From: a virus | DNA: 64,000 nt | Reading direction: 5' to 3' (one strand) | IMG/VR virus record: IMGVR_UViG_3300032770_000012 | Span: 1-64,000 of that record | In this document: positions 57,881-64,000 of the stretch, one piece after another | Layout of the letters: every line of letters begins with the position of its first letter | Numbering within the stretch: the stretch's first letter is position 1 | Translations under genes and position numbers: made by a program | The notes under the pieces: generated by a model | What the model was told of the DNA's origin: nothing | Database searches by the model: none | The model's input: the letters and a program-made list of their open reading frames with translations, nothing else

Positions 57881-57903
57881 TCTACCACGGTTCACTATTC
57901 TTG

Positions 57904-57933
57904 TTGACAACAATTACAGGATGCAAGTAAAAT
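57904..57933 (+). promoter_or_regulatory. Promoter of the recombination / replication operon
   Basis: TTGACA-18-TAAAAT with AGGATGCAAG in the spacer. Confidence 0.75.
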
Positions 57934-57955
57934 GCAGATGGAGACGACGTAACGC

Positions 57956-58159
57956 ATGACCCCTACAAAGAGCGTAATGCTGCGAGCGTTACTGGCGCAA
58001 ATCTCTTACCGGCTGGCCGACACCTATCAGATCAGTTCCGGTTTAGGCGGGCGATCAGTGGACATCAACGAACTGGCGAGCACAATCCAGGAATCGGCGG
58101 AGACGTTCGAGAAAGATAATCGCGGACAGTTTGAATTCAAGGCGGCTCCCCGTGCTTGA
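57956..58159 (+). CDS. Hypothetical protein
   Basis: GGAGACG RBS. Confidence 0.5.
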   Translation: MTPTKSVMLRALLAQISYRLADTYQISSGLGGRSVDINELASTIQESAETFEKDNRGQFEFKAAPRA

Positions 58160-58461
58160 CGCGCTGGTCCCCATGCCGCCGTCACTCGCCGATCCCGATG
58201 CGCTTTGTAAGTGCGGCAATCGGGCCGGGGACCATGTTATATCCGGCCATTGCGCATGGTGCGGATGCACCGGATTTGTACCTGCGGAGGCCGCATGAGC
58301 TTGGGCGATAAGATTGTCGATCATCCGAGTTTCGGAATGGTTGGAGCGAGTCATGTTAGCTCTACCGGCACAAAGGCCGAACAGGTCAAGACGATTTTCG
58401 TAGAGCCTTACATTGCGCATACACGCGCCCTGAAACTAATCGAAAACAAGGAAGCAAAGAC

Positions 58462-60060
58462 ATGCCAGATATAACGGTGCGGCAACCGCAGCAACAGATT
58501 ACCGTGGAGCGGGGAAAAGATATGTTTCCCGACGACGCCGAGCTTTCCAAGATGTGGGACATGGCGCGCGCCTTTTCAACCACGAATCTTGTGAGGCGGC
58601 ATCTTCAGAACAATGCGCCTGCGATCTTTTACAGCCTGAACATCGGGAAAGAACTCGGTATCCACTGGAGCCATAGCCTGCGCAGTCTGTACATTACAGA
58701 CAAGGGTGAGGTCGGCGTAGAAGGTAACATCATCGGATCTTTGCTTTGGTCCAAAGGATTCAAGATCACAATCAACGAATCCACCGATAAGCGCGCCGAA
58801 GTAACGATCACGCGGCCCAATGACGGTGGCTCCCATACCGATTCATTCACCATCGAGGAAGCGGCCAAAGCTGGTCTTACACGCCGCTGGAACCGGGATA
58901 AGCAGGAATACGTTGACGACTTCTCTTGGAAAGCGTACCCCAAGGACAAGCTCTATTGGCGCGCCCTGATGCGAACCGCCCGGCGTGTCGCCGTCGATGT
59001 GATGTACGGACTTTATCTTGACGATGAACTTCGCGAGTCCGAGCGCGCCGAACGTGATGCGGCGCTAGCGTCTGGAAACGGAATGCCGTCCGATTCGCAG
59101 TCGGAACAACTCGAAGCAGCCAACCAGTATTACGTCGGGAAGAAACAGCCATCCGTGGAAGCCGAAGCCGAGGCCCATATTGTTTCAGCCGAGCCCGCGC
59201 CGCCCGCTGGTTCCAATGCCGAATTTTCGCAAGCCGCCAAGGAACGTGCGGCTGCTAACAAGAAACCGGAAGCGCCTGCTACAACTGCGTCGTCTCCTGA
59301 TAGTGGTTCGCAGGCCGCTCCGGTCGATCCGGGGAAGGGTCCTGGCGGGCTAACCGGGACGCAGTCACCTTCCCCGGAATCAGAACCTTCTAAGCCCGCC
59401 GCCGATCAGGGCATGGCTGCGGCTGTGAAGGCCAAGATTTTGGAGTTGACCGACAAATGGCCCACGCTATCGCCCGAAGTCGCTAAGCAGAAACTTCAGC
59501 AGGCCGTGAAGGGATGGCACGGAGTCAACCGGCTTCCTACCGACCCCAAGGCGTATCTGTCTCCGCTTGCCGCCATTGAGTGCGCCATGAAGTTCGAAGG
59601 CGGCGTGATCGATCAACTACTGAAGCGGGAACCTGCGCAGTTTGGCAAAGCAGCCAAGACCGCTTTCGATCAGGTCAATGCGAAGATGGCCGACTGGAAA
59701 TGGCCGGGTCCGGTGCGGGCGCTGGCACTGGAGGTTTGGTACCTCCGCATGAGCCCGCTGGAGAGCGATGAGTTTATTGATTGGATTCAGAATACCCTTG
59801 AGATCTCCGGTCTGCCCGAGAAGGATTTGGCACCGTTCTTTGAGTGCGCCCTGATTTCCCGCCAATGTTTCCGGCTGGTGTTGCTATCGCGCAAGCTGAA
59901 TCTGCCCGTCTCGGAGTTAGCAGGATCTTTCTTGCGGGATCAGCCGCATGAGGAGCGCGCTCTTACCAACTGGCTGGACGGTCTGGAAAAGCAGGACACC
60001 ATCAAGACCGAGGATGACGCTCCTACCGATTCCCCGCAAGAAGCGCTGCCCTGGGAGTGA
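58462..60060 (+). CDS. RecT/Redbeta-like single-strand annealing protein with long C-terminal extension
   Basis: GKELGI..LRSLY, FTIEEAAKAGL, WKAYPKDKLYWRA..AR..DVMYGLY..DEL. Confidence 0.75.
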   Translation: MPDITVRQPQQQITVERGKDMFPDDAELSKMWDMARAFSTTNLVRRHLQNNAPAIFYSLNIGKELGIHWSHSLRSLYITDKGEVGVEGNIIGSLLWSKGFKITINESTDKRAEVTITRPNDGGSHTDSFTIEEAAKAGLTRRWNRDKQEYVDDFSWKAYPKDKLYWRALMRTARRVAVDVMYGLYLDDELRESERAERDAALASGNGMPSDSQSEQLEAANQYYVGKKQPSVEAEAEAHIVSAEPAPPAGSNAEFSQAAKERAAANKKPEAPATTASSPDSGSQAAPVDPGKGPGGLTGTQSPSPESEPSKPAADQGMAAAVKAKILELTDKWPTLSPEVAKQKLQQAVKGWHGVNRLPTDPKAYLSPLAAIECAMKFEGGVIDQLLKREPAQFGKAAKTAFDQVNAKMADWKWPGPVRALALEVWYLRMSPLESDEFIDWIQNTLEISGLPEKDLAPFFECALISRQCFRLVLLSRKLNLPVSELAGSFLRDQPHEERALTNWLDGLEKQDTIKTEDDAPTDSPQEALPWE

Positions 60061-60063
60061 TCG

Positions 60064-60474
60064 GTGCCAATCCTTTGCTCGTCCTTCATCAAGTACGCAT
60101 GGGACTCTCGCCCTGGGTCAGGTCATTATACTGCGTTCCAGCTTGAGGCCGTATTCGATCCCAAACGGAGCGTCTGGTTGTGGCAAGAGGTCCGGGAGCA
60201 CACACAGACTCAGATCAAAGACCCGGATAAGCTTTCTGCTGTCTGTTCGAGTTTGGGTCCGCTGATCTTGGATGTTCATCCCTTACAGCCGGTGAAACCC
60301 GAGCAGTTAGAGTTTCTTGGCAGCGATGAGGCCCGAGAACTCGCCATGCGTATCCTGATGGGGATCGGACCTAAAACCGAACCGGAGAAAGATTGGTGGG
60401 ATCGTCCAGATCTGGACAGCCGCACGCAGCGGCTGAAGCTGGCGAATCATCCTCGATTCAAGGTGAACGCATGA
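60064..60474 (+). CDS. AMRI-motif paralog 7 (dispersed copy)
   Basis: VKPEQLEFLGSDEARELAMRILMGIG. Confidence 0.75.
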   Translation: MPILCSSFIKYAWDSRPGSGHYTAFQLEAVFDPKRSVWLWQEVREHTQTQIKDPDKLSAVCSSLGPLILDVHPLQPVKPEQLEFLGSDEARELAMRILMGIGPKTEPEKDWWDRPDLDSRTQRLKLANHPRFKVNA

Positions 60475-60647
60475 AACCGCTGGTCCTTTTGGCGCTCCTT
60501 GCTTTCTCCGCCTGTCCCGGTTCGGTGCCATGTCCGATTGACGGCCTGAGTTCTACCTGGACCGGCAGGAGTCATTACGTCGATGGCGTCATGATCGGCG
60601 CTTACCGCTGCCCGCGAGGGCACACGTTTGAGGTTGCATGCCCGTGA
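60471..60647 (+). CDS. Small putative lipoprotein
   Basis: MKPLVLLALLAFSA/C lipobox; CPID..YRCPRGH. Confidence 0.55.
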   Translation: MKPLVLLALLAFSACPGSVPCPIDGLSSTWTGRSHYVDGVMIGAYRCPRGHTFEVACP

Positions 60648-60835
60648 AGAGGATCATTCGGGACATAGCGCTCGTTATCGCTTCAGTAGAGATTTTGGTT
60701 TTGGTGTGCTTCAGCATCTTCCCGTCTCCTCTACCGGAATACGCAGTTTTGTCGGTTGGGTTTATCGGCGTGATAGCGGCTATTTTGGCTGGTAGCGGGA
60801 GGCACGAATGACTTTTGAGCAGCGCAGGGGAGACA

Positions 60836-61075
60836 ATGGCTGACACTTTCCCGATGGTCAATGTGTCATCGAGCAACATCCAGGCGGTCGGCTGGCAGGC
60901 CGAACGCGAGGGCGATGATGTCGGCACTCTGCGAGTAGCCTTTCGCAATGGCGCGGTGTTCGATTACTCGGATGTGCCGGGCGTGATTTACCAACAACTG
61001 CTGGAATCCCCGAGCGTTGGCAGCTACTTTCACGGCAATATCAAATCGCATTACAACAGCACCAAGGTATCCTGA
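60836..61075 (+). CDS. KTSC domain protein
   Basis: VSSSNIQAVGW..LRVAF..YSDVP..SVGSYF..IK. Confidence 0.9.
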   Translation: MADTFPMVNVSSSNIQAVGWQAEREGDDVGTLRVAFRNGAVFDYSDVPGVIYQQLLESPSVGSYFHGNIKSHYNSTKVS

Positions 61076-61443
61076 TGGCCCGCGATCTACTGTGCCAGAA
61101 ATGCGCTCCGTTGGCTATCGAGAGGCGTTCGAAGATCCGCTTTCCGCTAGAAATGCGGTTGTCCTATAGCGCTATCCGAAGACATTCTGGATTCGGGAAA
61201 ACAGTTGACGTGTCCAGTGCTGGAATGCTCCTCGAACTGGATGGCTTTGTTCCTGCCGGTACGAAGTTGCACCTCCTGCTAGAATGGCCCTGCCTGTTGG
61301 ATTGGAGCGTCCCCATGAGCATGACGGTTGAGACGAGGGTCGTCCGCTGTATCGGGAACCGTGCGGCAGTACGGCTGCTTTCTTATGAGTTCAAGACTCG
61401 CAGGGGCCCGCTCCTCGCGCGAGAGAGAGCGATAGCCTCATGA
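61075..61443 (+). CDS. PilZ domain protein
   Basis: RSKIR (RxxxR) and DVSSAG (DxSxxG) c-di-GMP-binding motifs. Confidence 0.85.
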   Translation: MARDLLCQKCAPLAIERRSKIRFPLEMRLSYSAIRRHSGFGKTVDVSSAGMLLELDGFVPAGTKLHLLLEWPCLLDWSVPMSMTVETRVVRCIGNRAAVRLLSYEFKTRRGPLLARERAIAS

Positions 61444-62060
61444 TCGAATTCGACCCGGTTCGTCACGAGTACTTCTTGGATGACCGCCAGCTTTCCTCAT
61501 TAAGCGAAGTGCGCCGGGCGGCTGGACTGGATGAATTCTTCAATATCGACCAGCAGTATCGGGATCGCGGCAATGCGGTTCACTACGCGACAACTCTAAT
61601 CGATCAGGGCGAGTATGATCCCGATACGACGCATCCCGAGGTCCATCGGTTTGCTTCCGGTTATCTGGCGTTCAAGCGCGAGCACCGGTTTGAGATTGAG
61701 GGTTCCGAGGAGATAGTGTGGTGCCCCTCCATGGGGGTTGCCGGGCGGTTGGACCGGCGCATCGTCATGACAGGGGAGCGGATCATCCTGGATTTCAAAA
61801 GCGGTTCTCTACCGGCGCTGGTCGGCATCCAACTTAACGGCTACAAGTACTTGCTGGCATCCTCGCATTCGATCAAGGCCGATAAAGTGCGCTGCCTGTT
61901 GCTGCCGGGGGATGGCTCTTACCGGCTCGTGAGCCATGTCACGCTGGGAGGAAAGTCCGTCTCGCTCGATGACCCAATGTGGCTCCAGGCTTTTTTTGCG
62001 GCAACCAAATTGTACGGCCTTCGTAAGCAGGCCGGTCTGATCGGGAACGGAGCGCGATGA
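61440..62060 (+). CDS. PD-(D/E)XK nuclease (exonuclease partner of RecT)
   Basis: RGNAVH, AGRLDR, ILDFKSG, QLNGY. Confidence 0.8.
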   Translation: MIEFDPVRHEYFLDDRQLSSLSEVRRAAGLDEFFNIDQQYRDRGNAVHYATTLIDQGEYDPDTTHPEVHRFASGYLAFKREHRFEIEGSEEIVWCPSMGVAGRLDRRIVMTGERIILDFKSGSLPALVGIQLNGYKYLLASSHSIKADKVRCLLLPGDGSYRLVSHVTLGGKSVSLDDPMWLQAFFAATKLYGLRKQAGLIGNGAR

Positions 62061-62193
62061 CCTGCCAGCGCTGTGGCTCGACCCGCGTATTGAACGTGAG
62101 GTTTGAGCATCGGATCGCAGGTAGCTCTCTTGCGCAGCATTGTCTTGACTGCGATACGGTTTACAACGAACGCACCTGGAAGGAAGGAAATCA

Positions 62194-62940
62194 GTGGCAT
62201 CCAGTAAAGAACTCATTGGAACTTTCACCATAGACCTGACCAAATCCTCATCGTCCATTACGGTGGACTTGGCGAGCACAGAACTGGCTAGCCGGGAACT
62301 TCAGGTCAATAGCGAGCAGGCGTTTGAAAATGCGGCGGCGCTGGTCGCCGTCTGCGCGAAGCGGGCCGAACAGGTCGCATCATTCTGGGAACACGACAGA
62401 GATTTGGCGCACCAACTGCACCGCAGCATCACCGGAAAGATCTCCGCCCTACAGGCTCCTTGGATCAAGATTCGGGCCAGCCTTGAGGCCAAGATGAAGG
62501 CGTGGCGTACCGCCCAGGAGCGCGAGCGCCAGAAGCGCGAGCAGGAGGAGCGCCAGCGTGCCGACGAGGAGCGCCGCAAGGTCGAGGAGCAAGCCCGAGC
62601 GCTCAAGATGGCCGGTGAGTACGGATTGGCTAAACAGGTCGTCCAGGAGGCCGAGACCGCCATTGCGCCGAGTTCGGTCCAGCCGTTTGCGCCCAAGTCT
62701 GAATCGGTCACCGAAAAGTGGCCCTGGATCGGCGAAGTCAACGATCTCATGGCGCTCATCAAGGCGATTGCCGAGGGCACGGTTCCGTTAGAATATGAAA
62801 TCAAGGGCGAGATGCGACCCCTGCTCAACGTCGATCAGAATGTGTTGAACCATCTGGCGCGGACCAGACAGGGCGATTTCTCTATCCCTGGATGCAGCGC
62901 CAAGCAGGATCTTAGATTCTCCCGAAAGGCCGGAGTATGA
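62194..62940 (+). CDS. Coiled-coil phage protein
   Basis: AAGGAAGG upstream; long E/R/Q-rich helix. Confidence 0.6.
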   Translation: MASSKELIGTFTIDLTKSSSSITVDLASTELASRELQVNSEQAFENAAALVAVCAKRAEQVASFWEHDRDLAHQLHRSITGKISALQAPWIKIRASLEAKMKAWRTAQERERQKREQEERQRADEERRKVEEQARALKMAGEYGLAKQVVQEAETAIAPSSVQPFAPKSESVTEKWPWIGEVNDLMALIKAIAEGTVPLEYEIKGEMRPLLNVDQNVLNHLARTRQGDFSIPGCSAKQDLRFSRKAGV

Positions 62941-63128
62941 GCGAGCCAACATACAGGGACCTCTTTGACAAATACGGCAGTGAAGCGGCCATGGTTGACG
63001 CGTACTTGGATCACAGGATGACCGACGAAGAAGAAACGAGTGTACGTTTGCGTATGGGCACAGCATTCAACACGGCGGTTCTTCGTGCCGTTTGTGATCG
63101 ATTGACCGCAAGCAAGGCCGATGCCTAG
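62937..63128 (+). CDS. Hypothetical protein
   Basis: ATGA overlap. Confidence 0.45.
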   Translation: MSEPTYRDLFDKYGSEAAMVDAYLDHRMTDEEETSVRLRMGTAFNTAVLRAVCDRLTASKADA

Positions 63129-63171
63129 TCTTAGTCGGTCGAGTCCATTCCGTTTGTCTCCTCGGTAGACT

Positions 63172-64000
63172 ATGGCGGACTATCTTAGACCCTACCAGCG
63201 CCGCGAACTCATCAAGGCGTACCGATCCTGGAAAGCGGGCTGCACGCGGCAACTATGGTGTCTTCCAACGGGGGCGGGGAAAACTTTATGTGCCGCGATC
63301 ATCCCGCAGTGGAAGATTCTGGGAGAAAAGGGCCAATTGTGGTTCCTGGTCCACCTGGACGAACTTGTAGGCCAAGCGGAGCGCACCTTTAAACGGATCA
63401 ACCCAACGCTGCGCGTCGGAATCGAAAAAGCCGAGCAATACGCAAGTCCAGATCTGGATATTGTCATCGCGTCTATACCGAGCGTGGAGCGTAATGACTG
63501 CGAGCGCATCCGGCGCTTTGATCGCCGCCGCATCCGAGCCGTCGTATGCGACGAAGCTCATCACCTAGTCAGCAATCAGCACCGTGCCGTCGTGACGGCC
63601 TTAGGGGTCATGAAGGGCGATCCCGATGCCGATCCTTCCCGTTTGTTCGCGGGCATCACAGCGACGCCCCTGAGGAGTTCCGGGGAGGGCCTAGAGGCAT
63701 TCTTTGACGAGATCACGATCTCGGTCGGGATGCGCGAACTGATGACAACTGGCCCAGAGATCAACGGCTCGATCTATCCCTGGTTGGCGGACGCTGTTGC
63801 TTACCAGATCAACACGGACATCGATCTCGATCAGGTCAAGATTCGGGCGGGCGACTTCATGCCGAAGGATCTTGGCCGTCTCATCAATACGCCGGAGCGC
63901 AATGCTTTGGTTGTGCGCAAATACCAGGAATTCGGATTGGGTTTGCCGGGATTGGCTTTTACTTGCAGCATCGAGCATTCGCATGATCTGGCGAGTGCCT
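63172..64000 (+). CDS. SF2 DEAH-box helicase (runs past the window end)
   Basis: LRPYQ, LPTGAGKT, VCDEAHH, GITATP; absent from the ORF track because it is open-ended. Confidence 0.9.
   Translation, partial: MADYLRPYQRRELIKAYRSWKAGCTRQLWCLPTGAGKTLCAAIIPQWKILGEKGQLWFLVHLDELVGQAERTFKRINPTLRVGIEKAEQYASPDLDIVIASIPSVERNDCERIRRFDRRRIRAVVCDEAHHLVSNQHRAVVTALGVMKGDPDADPSRLFAGITATPLRSSGEGLEAFFDEITISVGMRELMTTGPEINGSIYPWLADAVAYQINTDIDLDQVKIRAGDFMPKDLGRLINTPERNALVVRKYQEFGLGLPGLAFTCSIEHSHDLASA

Larger units (their letters stand above)
1..64000. mobile_element. Tailed phage / prophage genome segment (Caudoviricetes), probably Acidobacteriota host
   Basis: TerS-TerL, portal, scaffold, major capsid, adaptors and holin on the minus strand; early and recombination genes on the plus strand; no cellular housekeeping genes. 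Confidence 0.95.

Overview
The whole window reads as part of a tailed dsDNA phage (Caudoviricetes) or prophage genome. I see no host housekeeping genes and no integrase or att site. Signal-peptide style and a PilZ protein suggest an Acidobacteriota host (inference). The left arm (about 1-45.4 kb, mostly minus strand) carries lysis genes, fibre-like proteins, head-tail adaptors, a glycosyltransferase, major capsid, scaffold, portal, terminase, ParB-like and methyltransferase genes, and a complete IS1595-family element with cargo (39136-41943, 8-bp TSD). The right arm (from 45.7 kb, plus strand) carries a small serine recombinase, a hairpin-punctuated early region, a MoxR-AAA / DUF3150-like / intein-containing metallopeptidase-vWA operon, and RecT-like, KTSC, PilZ, PD-(D/E)XK nuclease and helicase genes. 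Best candidates for new biology: (1) seven paralogous small genes with variable N-termini and a shared C-terminal E(D/H/Q)L..AMRI..G motif, six of them directly behind the AAA-vWA operon; (2) about ten virion-region proteins, several of them fibre-like and Cys-rich, with Sec or Tat signal peptides; (3) a genome-wide dispersed palindrome GTCCAG-N1/2-CTGGAC; (4) covarying stop-codon hairpins in the early region, plus a pseudoknot candidate between two tiny basic peptides upstream of the capsid genes. All family assignments come from motif recognition by eye, not database searches.
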